Under the pieces are notes generated by a model. The model did no database searches, was not told where the DNA came from, and saw only the letters and a program-made list of their open reading frames with translations. From a virus: DNA of 58,288 nt. Each line of letters begins with the position of its first letter. Position 1 is the first letter of the stretch. Shown piece after piece: positions 34,241-42,714 of the stretch. Where the stretch lies: the IMG/VR virus record IMGVR_UViG_3300045988_054519, positions 1 to 58,288 of that record; one strand, written 5' to 3'. The translations under genes and the position numbers were made by a program.

Positions 34241-34507
34241 ATGCCATTAATAAATCATCAAGGGGAGAGAATTTCATACGAATGTGAAGATTTAATCAAG
34301 GAATTAGAGAATGATATTGCTGAATTTGGTGGCGATATGATAGTAGATGTCGTTACTATGAGGGCGAAAGGTGTAACACTCTACATTGATTACAATTTTG
34401 CCGAAGAGGGGAAACCGCCATTTGAATTGAGAGAATATGAGAGCCACAAATTGATGAAAGCATCTATGCTGTTGGCTTTACTGAAAATGGAAAATTCTAT
34501 ATGTTAA
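34241..34507 (+). CDS. Hypothetical protein, downstream partner of the RHH gene
   Basis: 88 aa. ATG lies 7 nt after GGAGGA. Confidence 0.5.
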   Translation: MPLINHQGERISYECEDLIKELENDIAEFGGDMIVDVVTMRAKGVTLYIDYNFAEEGKPPFELREYESHKLMKASMLLALLKMENSIC

Positions 34508-34541
34508 AAGGGATATGACTTTTGCCATATCCCTTATTTTC

Positions 34542-35246
34542 TTACTCTATAAATACTATCGGTGCATCGCCGTCAAATAATTTGCTGTCTATCTTCTGCC
34601 CTTTGTCCGCCCAAAGGCACCGCACCTTTTCAAAACGTCTATGCTTTCTTACAATAGTGTATCGGTTATTCAATGAATAAACCGTGCCGAGACAGTTGCG
34701 GCCGAATTTGTCTACCGGTATATATGCCGGTTCTGATAATTCTCCGGTTCGCGATTCGTCATACTCCGTTAAGTCGATTATCTCAACACTTTGTATGTCA
34801 CATAAATCGCCATATTCGCCCAATGACGGATAAATCGGTGGATTGGTTAATGCTTTGCATATCGTATTCAAATCCTCATCATCAGCCTTGATGTAAATTG
34901 TCAGATTAAGGTCGGTAAGCATCGCATGATTTTTTATAGCTCCTACCCAACCGGCATGTGAGCCATTTTCGTCATCTGTAATAATATCCCATCGCTTTTT
35001 TGCATCCGCATTTACCGTTTTAAAATGATAACCGCCTTGCCATTCACGTCTGACCTCGGTATTCATAATTCCCTTGCCGGAAATAAAGAAGTCTAAAGGA
35101 TGATAGGATGTCCACTGGCATAAATTGTGTATCAGGCCACATACTGTACTGAATGGCGGTAAGGGGTAGCAATCTGCTCCGCACGGTGCCATATGGTCTC
35201 TAAAATGTGCCATTTGCTGGAATGTCTTTAATTTTACCACTTTCAT
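34542..35246 (-). CDS. cas5: Cas5-like (type I-B/Cas5t-like RAMP) protein, solitary
   Basis: N-terminal KLKTFQQMAHFRDH......YPLPPFSTVCGLIHNL (the Cas5 A.FR...Y..PP.ST..G pattern), mid-block LTIYIKADDEDLNTICKALTNPPIYPSLGEYGDLCDI, about 234 aa. No other cas gene or CRISPR array in the window. Confidence 0.6.
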   Translation of the reverse strand: MKVVKLKTFQQMAHFRDHMAPCGADCYPLPPFSTVCGLIHNLCQWTSYHPLDFFISGKGIMNTEVRREWQGGYHFKTVNADAKKRWDIITDDENGSHAGWVGAIKNHAMLTDLNLTIYIKADDEDLNTICKALTNPPIYPSLGEYGDLCDIQSVEIIDLTEYDESRTGELSEPAYIPVDKFGRNCLGTVYSLNNRYTIVRKHRRFEKVRCLWADKGQKIDSKLFDGDAPIVFIE

Positions 35247-35272
35247 ATATATTCGTACCTCCGAAAAGTAAT

Positions 35273-35299
35273 AAAAGTCATAGATAGCCTATGACTTTT
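35273..35299 (-). promoter_or_regulatory. Perfect 11-bp hairpin plus T-tract in the cas5-like 5' leader (attenuator-like)
   Basis: AAAAGTCATAG-gctat-CTATGACTTTT followed by ATTACTTTTC, then GGAGG and the ATG. Confidence 0.5.
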
Positions 35300-35375
35300 C
35301 CATAATGTGTCTATTTATTATATGATTTAAGTAAATCTTTACATTCCAAAATGGATACTATTAATATTTGCTATT

Positions 35376-35404
35376 ATAATACAGTGCAATCTGCTATTTG
35401 TCAA
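35376..35404 (-). promoter_or_regulatory. Near-consensus promoter dedicated to the cas5-like gene
   Basis: Minus strand TTGACA (35404-35399), 17 nt, TATTAT (35381-35376). Confidence 0.65.
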
Positions 35405-35406
35405 CA

Positions 35407-35544
35407 CTATTTTTTATCCGCCGTAGATATAATGAGTGCCTTTGCTCCGTATTCAGATTTCCCGATTTCTTCACGAATTTTGTTTTCAGTGATTTCTGGA
35501 TTAGTTTTCTGCACCCTTTCATAAAGTGCCTTAAGGTCAATCAT
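35407..35544 (-). CDS. Small hypothetical protein (45 aa), translationally coupled to the metallopeptidase
   Basis: ATGA overlap with the stop of 35541..35864. My translation: MIDLKALYERVQKTNPEITENKIREEIGKSEYGAKALIISTADKK. Confidence 0.45.
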   Translation of the reverse strand: MIDLKALYERVQKTNPEITENKIREEIGKSEYGAKALIISTADKK

Positions 35545-35864
35545 AATGCCCTCCTTAGTACATTTCTTATAATTTCATCAGCCATATATACAATCTGTCT
35601 GCCGTACAGTGACATAAAGTCGGCGACTATTTCCTCGGTCTTGATGTCAAGAAAATATCCGTACTCAAAGGCATATGCGTGTGTGAGTTCGTGACATAAA
35701 ACTTTATCAAACATACGGTCAGACAGTCCTTGCTTAATGTATATTGTCTTAACATTGTTGTCCGTCACACCCAAAGTGTATACACCGTCACTGCGGATTA
35801 ATAATTTATTATGCCCGTCTACGGCTTGTATTCGCCATAATGAGCCGTTTATCTCAATTAACAT
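35541..35864 (-). CDS. Zn-metallopeptidase-like protein (ImmA/IrrE or SprT-like HExxH)
   Basis: VLCHELTHAYAFEYG motif in 107 aa. Confidence 0.55.
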   Translation of the reverse strand: MLIEINGSLWRIQAVDGHNKLLIRSDGVYTLGVTDNNVKTIYIKQGLSDRMFDKVLCHELTHAYAFEYGYFLDIKTEEIVADFMSLYGRQIVYMADEIIRNVLRRAL

Positions 35865-35931
35865 AGATTTCCTCCAACATCATACAAACCGCCGTGATAA
35901 CGTCAATATGCGCGTTACCACGGCATTGTAG

Positions 35932-36522
35932 TTACATCTTTGTGACTAATGTTGACAGTTTAGATTTTGCCAAGGCTTTCTCTTCTGCTGTCATACCGTC
36001 AATCATGTCTGTAATGTCTCCGGCAAGTTCCTTGATGTACTCATCAAGTGCTTTCATCTTGTGCTCTTTATCTTCCTTTGTGTTCTCGCGGTGCATATCC
36101 CTAGTTTCGGTGTAATGTCTCTTCGCCGTGTCGTAGCGGCTTTCGGTTCTTCCGCTATCCATTGTTGCCGGCTCTGTAAAGTACATTCTGCCATAGGATT
36201 TATCCATATCGCGGTACATCTCCGGTGTCATATGCCAATAAGGCGGTTCTTCATAGCCGTGTCTGCCGACATATGTTCCTTTGCCCTTTGGTGCAAATCT
36301 TCCGGTTGTTTTATAGCGGTAATCGTCATAGAAATGTCTGCCGCTATCTTCTTCCATTTCCTCTGTAAGGACACGGTAATACATAGCTTCGGCAAGGTCT
36401 TTGAGCATATCTGTAACTTTACCCATTTCGTCCGCGTCAATGTGCTCTGTTCCCTTGTCAAGTTCAGCTTTGGCGCACTCTGAAAGTTTTTCTATCATAT
36501 CGTGCATTCTTGATACGTCCAT
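35932..36522 (-). CDS. Hypothetical charged protein (Tyr/Arg/Met-rich centre)
   Basis: 196-aa ORF. ATG follows GGAGGTAG. Confidence 0.5.
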   Translation of the reverse strand: MDVSRMHDMIEKLSECAKAELDKGTEHIDADEMGKVTDMLKDLAEAMYYRVLTEEMEEDSGRHFYDDYRYKTTGRFAPKGKGTYVGRHGYEEPPYWHMTPEMYRDMDKSYGRMYFTEPATMDSGRTESRYDTAKRHYTETRDMHRENTKEDKEHKMKALDEYIKELAGDITDMIDGMTAEEKALAKSKLSTLVTKM

Positions 36523-36533
36523 ACTGCTACCTC

Positions 36534-36959
36534 CTAACCTACGCGATTAACCGTGATGTTGGCATTTGCCACACTGATCGCCTGCGTTGAAGTGTTCTTA
36601 ACAGACACTTGCTCACAACATCCGCAAGGGAGCCATACATCCGTTGCCATAGCGACATTGTTGAACTCTTCTACTGCCGCCGGAGTAGAAATCGCAAGTG
36701 TTGATAAGTCCGGTTCTCCGTTTATTGCAATCGCAAGAGAGATTGCTCCGGCTGTTCCGCCGGTAGGCACCGCGATGTTACCGGAAAACTCTACTCTGTA
36801 CTTTGCGCGACAGCTGTTAGTCGCACCTTTAACCTGTATCTGACCGCTACCGGCTCTATGCATAATACAACCTTTGTTGCAGCTAGATGTTGTGTCTGTG
36901 AATAACACATTACTGTTTGCCGCTACAGTCTGTGCGGCAACTGTTGAAAATTCTGCCAT
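36534..36959 (-). CDS. BclA C-terminal / C1q-TNF-like jelly-roll protein
   Basis: Pattern AQTVAANSNVLF...YRVEFSGNIAVPTGGTAGAISLAIAINGEP...ISVANANITVNRV resembles the exosporium BclA/BclB C-terminal domain. ATG 36959 follows GAGAGGAAAG. Confidence 0.5.
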   Translation of the reverse strand: MAEFSTVAAQTVAANSNVLFTDTTSSCNKGCIMHRAGSGQIQVKGATNSCRAKYRVEFSGNIAVPTGGTAGAISLAIAINGEPDLSTLAISTPAAVEEFNNVAMATDVWLPCGCCEQVSVKNTSTQAISVANANITVNRVG

Positions 36960-37032
36960 TTTTCTTTCCTCTCTTTCATAAAATAAAAAAACCACCAACT
37001 GAATATTAGTTGATGGTTTAAAAATCCATTAT

Positions 37033-37347
37033 TTACTTTTTGTAGTCTGTCGCACACATTCCTATGCATTGCGGAGTTCCATATTTTTCAATATAATCTT
37101 CATCTCCGTATCGTTTAACACAAACATACATTGTATCGTGCCAATTTGTTCTCGCATCTTCTATTTTTGAAGTATGGTCAATTACAATGTCTGATATTTC
37201 AAATGGTGCATTTGCCGCTCCTATCTCTTGGCAAAAGTCTTTGTGAATTTGGTATATGTATTTTTTCATATCATCAAAGTTTTCAAATTCCCTTGCTGTT
37301 TTTAGGGATTCAGCTAATCCACCTCTATGTTGTCTGAAAATAATCAT
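37033..37347 (-). CDS. Hypothetical protein
   Basis: 104 aa with its own promoter-like TTGATG-17-TACAAT and a terminator on each side. Confidence 0.5.
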   Translation of the reverse strand: MIIFRQHRGGLAESLKTAREFENFDDMKKYIYQIHKDFCQEIGAANAPFEISDIVIDHTSKIEDARTNWHDTMYVCVKRYGDEDYIEKYGTPQCIGMCATDYKK

Positions 37348-37563
37348 TCTGGCACTCCTTTCTTTTTCGGAAATTGTACCACAAATTTAAAAATCCATCA
37401 ACTTAATATTCTGTTTTCAATGTGCAAAAGGGCAAACCATACAGTCTGCCCTTTATCTTCCCGACATTTGTGTCGGTAACATCAAGTAATACTGCTTAGC
37501 AGACATAATCGAGTTAAACTCAATTAAGATACTCAATTATTCATTTTTGCGTAGCTGCTACTT

Positions 37564-38331
37564 TTAGCAGCCACATCCGGTATTGCATCCACATCCGTAA
37601 GCATAAGCGTTAGGATTAGGAACAACATATGCCGGAACAGCCTGAGGATTAACTGCGTTGATAATCTGGCTTGCCTGTGCGTTCATAGCTGTAGTCAGAA
37701 GTGCGTTCTGTCTATCCTGCGATGCGGCAAGCCTTAAGCTGTTGTTTTCTGCCTGCAATGTGGCTATCTTGTCCTGGCATAAGTAGTCAAGGATTGCCCT
37801 TGTGCCTGCGTTCTGCGTGTCGATAATGTCCCTTGTGTTGCTGTTCATTGTGTTCTGCAATGCGCAAGTGTTGGTTGCCATATTGTAGTTGACATTCTGA
37901 ATGGCCTCACGGGTTTCACAGCAGCAATTTGCAAGCTGTGACTGTAAAGCATTGGTATTCTGCATATTAGCGACCGTATCGGCGTTAATAGCCTGCTGAA
38001 TACCGTATCCGGTCTGCATAATGTTTGTGTTTATGCCGTTAAAACCGGTCAGCATACTGTTGTTTGCAGCATAAAAGCCGTCACATAAGCCGTTAGTTAT
38101 GCCGTCAAGTTTGCTGATAACCGCGGAATTGTCAAAACCGCGCTGAATTTCTGCTCCTAATCCGTTGCCGCCATTGCCACCGAAACCGCCGAAGCCATTG
38201 CCCCAACCGCCAAAGATAGCAAATATTACGACTATGAACCAGAGCCATCCGCCGTCAGTCCATCCGCCGTTGCCGTTGTTACCGTCAATATTGGCGACCA
38301 AAGGTACGGATGCACAATTTGAATTAAACAT
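37564..38331 (-). CDS. Gly/Asn-rich membrane protein with a Cys-rich C-terminus (spore-surface-like composition)
   Basis: GGWLWFIVVIFAIFGGWGNGFGGFGGNGGNG TM/Gly block, N/Q/T-rich helical middle, C-terminus YAYGCGCNTGCGC. Confidence 0.55.
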   Translation of the reverse strand: MFNSNCASVPLVANIDGNNGNGGWTDGGWLWFIVVIFAIFGGWGNGFGGFGGNGGNGLGAEIQRGFDNSAVISKLDGITNGLCDGFYAANNSMLTGFNGINTNIMQTGYGIQQAINADTVANMQNTNALQSQLANCCCETREAIQNVNYNMATNTCALQNTMNSNTRDIIDTQNAGTRAILDYLCQDKIATLQAENNSLRLAASQDRQNALLTTAMNAQASQIINAVNPQAVPAYVVPNPNAYAYGCGCNTGCGC

Positions 38332-38392
38332 AATTTTTACCTCCGAAAAAATTTATATACTTAACCTTGCAAGAATTAGTATCAAAATGATG

Positions 38393-38626
38393 TCACTGAT
38401 TGCCAAATTTACCCTTTACCTGATTAAATACCTCGTCCGCGTTCAGGCCTTTTTCTTTGCATAAGTTCCGCGCCATTTGTTCTACGCCTTTCATATTTCC
38501 GCTTTGTACCATCCCTAAAGCATTCTTCATGATAGGATTACTCATCATCTGATTATTCCCCATCATCTGCTGTATGAACTGTTTCGGGCCAGCTTTCATC
38601 ATCTGAAAAATGTTAATTGGGTTCAT
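38393..38626 (-). CDS. Small Met/Asn/Gln-rich protein
   Basis: 77 aa. Start overlaps the upstream stop. Confidence 0.5.
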   Translation of the reverse strand: MNPINIFQMMKAGPKQFIQQMMGNNQMMSNPIMKNALGMVQSGNMKGVEQMARNLCKEKGLNADEVFNQVKGKFGNQ

Positions 38627-39144
38627 TCTTCCTCACCGCCTTTGCTTTGAGTTCTTGAATTTTTCCTTTGAGCTGCTAAAGATTTATCAAACCTATCTTC
38701 TAATTGCCCGATTTTCTCCGAGAGTTCATTAAACTTATTCAGAAATAGGTCTGTGCTTTCGTCTGATAGGGTAAATTTAAGTTTTTCCGTGTTTGCCGTA
38801 GAATTTACCGTGTCAATACTTTTTGTGTCTATATGGGGCGTATACACGATTGTCTTAATCGTTCCGTCTGCATTCCATCCTTTGACGTAAATTTCCGATA
38901 AATCCTGCTTTGGGAAAAATGCCATTGAACCGTCCATAGGCACCTCATTGGCATTAATGTTGTCAAGGCTCTGTACAACCCTGCCGTTAATACCTATTGT
39001 CTGCGGTGCTACCGACATCTGCGCCGGCACCATCTGTTCCGGCTGTGCCTGATACCTTTGCATATTCGACATAGATGCGTATTGATATGGGTTATACTGC
39101 GGTACATAGCTGTTAATCTGCTGCTGATAAGGATTGTTTATCAT
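38623..39144 (-). CDS. Gln/Tyr/Pro-rich protein with a C-terminal coiled coil
   Basis: ATG 39144 follows GAGGAGG. MINNPYQQQINSYVPQYNPYQY. Confidence 0.55.
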   Translation of the reverse strand: MINNPYQQQINSYVPQYNPYQYASMSNMQRYQAQPEQMVPAQMSVAPQTIGINGRVVQSLDNINANEVPMDGSMAFFPKQDLSEIYVKGWNADGTIKTIVYTPHIDTKSIDTVNSTANTEKLKFTLSDESTDLFLNKFNELSEKIGQLEDRFDKSLAAQRKNSRTQSKGGEEE

Positions 39145-39265
39145 CTTCTGCCTCCTCACTTAAAACCTCTTCTATCGCGTGAATTACGGATGACTGTGTT
39201 TGCAAGTCCAACCGTTGCAATTCTTTCCGTGCGAAAATCTTCTCTAAAATTTCATCTGAAAACAT
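39113..39265 (-). CDS. Small acidic hypothetical protein (50 aa)
   Basis: ATG 39265 follows GGAGGACGG. My translation: MFSDEILEKIFARKELQRLDLQTQSSVIHAIEEVLSEEAEDDKQSLSAAD. Confidence 0.4.
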   Translation of the reverse strand: MFSDEILEKIFARKELQRLDLQTQSSVIHAIEEVLSEEAEDDKQSLSAAD

Positions 39266-39439
39266 AGATTGCCGTCCTCCTTATGCTTAAATTTTGGCAT
39301 AAAAAAAGCCGCTTAACGCGACACATAAGCGACACAAAAGCGACATCAAGTTCAGATATTCAATTTTCGAGTGTTAAAAAATGCGATAAATACGGCGTTT
39401 GCACTAACTGTATGCCATTGGCACAGCGTATAGTTACTG

Positions 39440-40807
39440 CTAAAAATTCTTCAACTGAATTTCGATGTTGTCATTGACAATAACAATTTTAGATATTATA
39501 GTTTTAAGTATCTTATTTTTGGTTTGCTTGTCGATTTTGTCCCAAACGTCGGCAAGCTTTTTTATATTGTCATAGACAAATTCTTTCTTCTGCGTGTTCT
39601 TTGCCGCCTTGCTTTCCTCTTCAATCGCGGCGGTAATACGTTTTACTTCCTCTTCCGCCTGCTTAATCAACTCAATTACAGTGTCATTGCCCTCGGCATA
39701 AAGGATATACAGTCGTTTTAATTTGTTTTTCTCGCGGCTTAATTGTGACTGCATTATCTGTAATTTCGTTTCCTTTTCTTTTGGCTTGTATTTCGACAGA
39801 TTGACGGATATTTCAAGCATCTGTTTCTCTACCTGCTTTTCAATGTCTGACGCCCACTGTGGTTTGCTGTCGCAATCGTGGTTATAATTCGGAAGATAAT
39901 CAAGGTCTATGTTCTTTGAACAACAATATATTTTCCTTGGAGAGTCCTCTTTTTGCCCCCATTTCTGGTAGCGCATCGCACAACCACATACGCCGCAATA
40001 GCATAACCCCGTTAAAAGGTTGGTAGGGTGTGCAATCCAACTCTTGGCATCGTGCCTTGACTTTCTGATCTCCTGCGCAAGTTCGTAGCGCTCGATGTCA
40101 AATATCGGTTCGTGTTTGCCTTGATACACCTTGCCTTTGTACGGTATCATTCCGATGTTTACTACACTTGTCAAGATTTTCCGCGCTACCGGCTCACCGC
40201 TGTAATGGCAAATTCTAGCGATACGGCCGTCCGAATACCCATTGATATACAATTCAAGTGCATTCCTTGCCGTTTCGGCGCGCTCCGGAATTGGTATTAA
40301 AATACCCAATTCTTTATCATATGAATAGCAGAATGGCAAATTGCCACCGCCCATCCAAAAACCTCTCTTGACACGTTCCAACATTCCACCGCGCATACGG
40401 AGCATCATAGTATTTCTGTCATACTCTGCTACGGCAGCCATAACCTGCGTCTGAAATTTATCCTGCGGTGTTTCGTACCTAGCGAAATCGTGAACGCTTT
40501 CTACGCAAATTCCCTTTGGCGTAAAGATTTTTTCAATCATATACAGCGCATCCACGGTATCACGCGCAAGTCTGTCTAGCTTGTAGACAACAATAACGTC
40601 GATTTTAGCCATATCAGATATAAGCCTTTGAAGTTCAACACGTTTTGACATTTCCATTCCGGATAATCCGGCATCGACATAATACTCCTTGATAATCAAT
40701 TGATGTTTACGGCAATATTCGTCAATGTCACGTTTTTGGCTTTCAAGTCCGTAACCTTCCTCCGCTTGTCTTTCTGTAGAAACTCTTATATAAGCAACAC
40801 ATTCCAT
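39440..40807 (-). CDS. int: Large serine recombinase (phage integrase)
   Basis: YIRVSTERQAEEGYGLESQ catalytic-Ser resolvase domain, recombinase domain, Zn-ribbon CYCGVCGCAMRY...YCCS and C-terminal coiled coil. 455 aa. Confidence 0.9.
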   Translation of the reverse strand: MECVAYIRVSTERQAEEGYGLESQKRDIDEYCRKHQLIIKEYYVDAGLSGMEMSKRVELQRLISDMAKIDVIVVYKLDRLARDTVDALYMIEKIFTPKGICVESVHDFARYETPQDKFQTQVMAAVAEYDRNTMMLRMRGGMLERVKRGFWMGGGNLPFCYSYDKELGILIPIPERAETARNALELYINGYSDGRIARICHYSGEPVARKILTSVVNIGMIPYKGKVYQGKHEPIFDIERYELAQEIRKSRHDAKSWIAHPTNLLTGLCYCGVCGCAMRYQKWGQKEDSPRKIYCCSKNIDLDYLPNYNHDCDSKPQWASDIEKQVEKQMLEISVNLSKYKPKEKETKLQIMQSQLSREKNKLKRLYILYAEGNDTVIELIKQAEEEVKRITAAIEEESKAAKNTQKKEFVYDNIKKLADVWDKIDKQTKNKILKTIISKIVIVNDNIEIQLKNF

Positions 40808-40969
40808 AATTTATAATCTCCTTTCTGAAATAAAGAATGTGCCGCATTTATCGCATTTACGGCACATTCTACACTTAAGTTACGGTTTTGTCAACCGCCG
40901 ACAGCTTCCGCGATGATTTTCAAAATCTGTTCGGGAAGAATAACATCCGCCGGCTTGACATCTTTACCG

Positions 40970-41197
40970 TCAATAGTAATCTTTACCATTTCTTTCTACC
41001 TCTATTTTGTTAATTTTAGATTTTATGTTGTAAATCTTTCTATCAATCGTACGCCGGCAAACGTGCATCGCCATTGCTACTTCTTCAATGCTTCTGCCTT
41101 TCCCAAGTAACTTAAGAATTTCTTCTTCATCTTCTGTAAGGTTCGCGCTCTCAATAATAATGTCAAGTTCCGACTTGATAAACCTTGAGAACTTCAT
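40970..41197 (-). CDS. Sigma-70 region-4 / LuxR-type HTH protein
   Basis: LTEDEEEILKLLGKGRSIEEVAMAMHVCRRTIDRKIYNIKSKI. Confidence 0.55.
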   Translation of the reverse strand: MKFSRFIKSELDIIIESANLTEDEEEILKLLGKGRSIEEVAMAMHVCRRTIDRKIYNIKSKINKIEVERNGKDYY

Positions 41198-41205
41198 TCA
41201 ATCTC

Positions 41206-41331
41206 CTATTCTGCGCGCTTTGGCAGTTCTACCGTGTTCTCGCGCTTTTCATAATTGATGCAAGGCTCGCTGTTTTCCTTGCCCTGGCACATCAAAAAGT
41301 GCGTACACGATATACATTCACGGTCTTTCAT
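41206..41331 (-). CDS. Small Cys-containing protein (41 aa)
   Basis: ATG 41331 follows GAAGGAG. My translation: MKDRECISCTHFLMCQGKENSEPCINYEKRENTVELPKRAE. Confidence 0.4.
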   Translation of the reverse strand: MKDRECISCTHFLMCQGKENSEPCINYEKRENTVELPKRAE

Positions 41332-41332
41332 T

Positions 41333-41581
41333 CTAATCTCCTTCATACGGTTCAATTGTGCAGCTTTCTATTGCAAGCGGCATTCTCCACCTTGTTTCTT
41401 TGGTCTGTATGAATACGCCGGTAATGTATCTTCTCTGCCACTGATTGATGTAATCTTCAATGCTTTCGAGCGTGGCTAAAACCATTTCTCCGTTAAGTAC
41501 CTTTGGGCGGAGAATGTATCTTTTGCCTACCGTAAATTCAACGCCTTTGTCGTTTGTGTAAGTATCAATCCATTTCTTCAT
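41333..41581 (-). CDS. Hypothetical protein
   Basis: 82-aa packed ORF. Confidence 0.5.
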   Translation of the reverse strand: MKKWIDTYTNDKGVEFTVGKRYILRPKVLNGEMVLATLESIEDYINQWQRRYITGVFIQTKETRWRMPLAIESCTIEPYEGD

Positions 41582-41597
41582 TTATTTCACTTCCTTT

Positions 41598-41843
41598 CTA
41601 GGGCCTTACACCCTTTAAAATACATCTTCGTGTTCTATCCCATTCTGTAAACAATGGGTCGGGTGCTGTTTCGCCATTCTCGGTAGCCATTATTCCGTAC
41701 CTTTCGTGAATTAAGGTGCCGTAATGAGTACAATTGTAAAATGTGTTCATACTTATTCCTAACCGGGTAGTTATCTCTTTGGATGGAAACGCGCCGATGT
41801 AATCCGCACCATCAAATAAGTCGTACAGTCTTAACTTAGGCAT
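41598..41843 (-). CDS. Hypothetical HTH-like protein
   Basis: SKEITTRLGISMNTFYNCTHYG HTH-like segment. Confidence 0.45.
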   Translation of the reverse strand: MPKLRLYDLFDGADYIGAFPSKEITTRLGISMNTFYNCTHYGTLIHERYGIMATENGETAPDPLFTEWDRTRRCILKGVRP

Positions 41844-42697
41844 TAGTTGTCCTCCTTGGAAAGTAATTGTTTTTCAAGTTCATCAAAGTTATAGTTTCGT
41901 TGTTTAAAACCGTTAAAACGGTTATTAGTAGGTTTCGCCCTTGGCTTGGTACTTGTAGGCTTTTCGTTCAGATAGCTTTCAAATTTAACGCCAAACAATG
42001 TTTCCGGGCGTAAATACTTCTGTCGCTCCGTGTCTTTCCAATCTGATACTTTGTTATCAATAACCTTTTTGAAATCATCTACCGTATAACTTGGATTTTC
42101 GTTAAAACGTGATTTAATCAGCCTTTTGGTCGATACCGTTGACGGCAAAAACTTTGTACCGGCTCTCTCATTAAGATATGCTATAATCTCTGTGTACGGA
42201 ATGGGAGCATCCTCACTCTTAGCCGTAGGGATATTATTACTAATCTTATCTTTTCTAATCTTATCTAATCTCGGCTGCGGTTCTGTATCATTTTGTTTAC
42301 AAGTTGCATCGGGTTTGGCTACAATCTGTTTACAATCCGTTACAATGCGGTTTTTTTCGGTATATGAACCGTTTTCTTTAACCGTAAGAGTAGATAACTC
42401 CTCTGAGTATGTACTTGGATGATACCGGTCTTTCGGGATTGTGTTGTGCATCTTCCAATGCTTTATCACGATTACGTTTGAGTTATCGAATGTAAGGATG
42501 TAGCGTTTATCCTTTAACATCTGCATATCTTCTTTAGATGCCTGACACGCTCTTGCTACGGTATTAGGGTTATCTACGATACCGTCATCATCAGCTTCCA
42601 TACAGAGTTGAAAGAACAACCCTTGTGTGCTTAAAGGCATATCCCGAAACGCATCAGAACTGATTAGTTTTTTTGAAAACATTCTCTTGTCAGCCAT
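41843..42697 (-). CDS. Replisome organizer (phage_rep_org_N plus DnaD-like C-terminus)
   Basis: MFSKKLISSDAFRDMPLSTQGLFFQLCMEADDDGIV is the typical N-terminal domain. C-terminal YLNERAGTKF..S...KRLIKSRF DnaD-like block. Confidence 0.8.
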   Translation of the reverse strand: MADKRMFSKKLISSDAFRDMPLSTQGLFFQLCMEADDDGIVDNPNTVARACQASKEDMQMLKDKRYILTFDNSNVIVIKHWKMHNTIPKDRYHPSTYSEELSTLTVKENGSYTEKNRIVTDCKQIVAKPDATCKQNDTEPQPRLDKIRKDKISNNIPTAKSEDAPIPYTEIIAYLNERAGTKFLPSTVSTKRLIKSRFNENPSYTVDDFKKVIDNKVSDWKDTERQKYLRPETLFGVKFESYLNEKPTSTKPRAKPTNNRFNGFKQRNYNFDELEKQLLSKEDN

Positions 42698-42714
42698 TAA
42701 TTCAAGTCCTCCTG

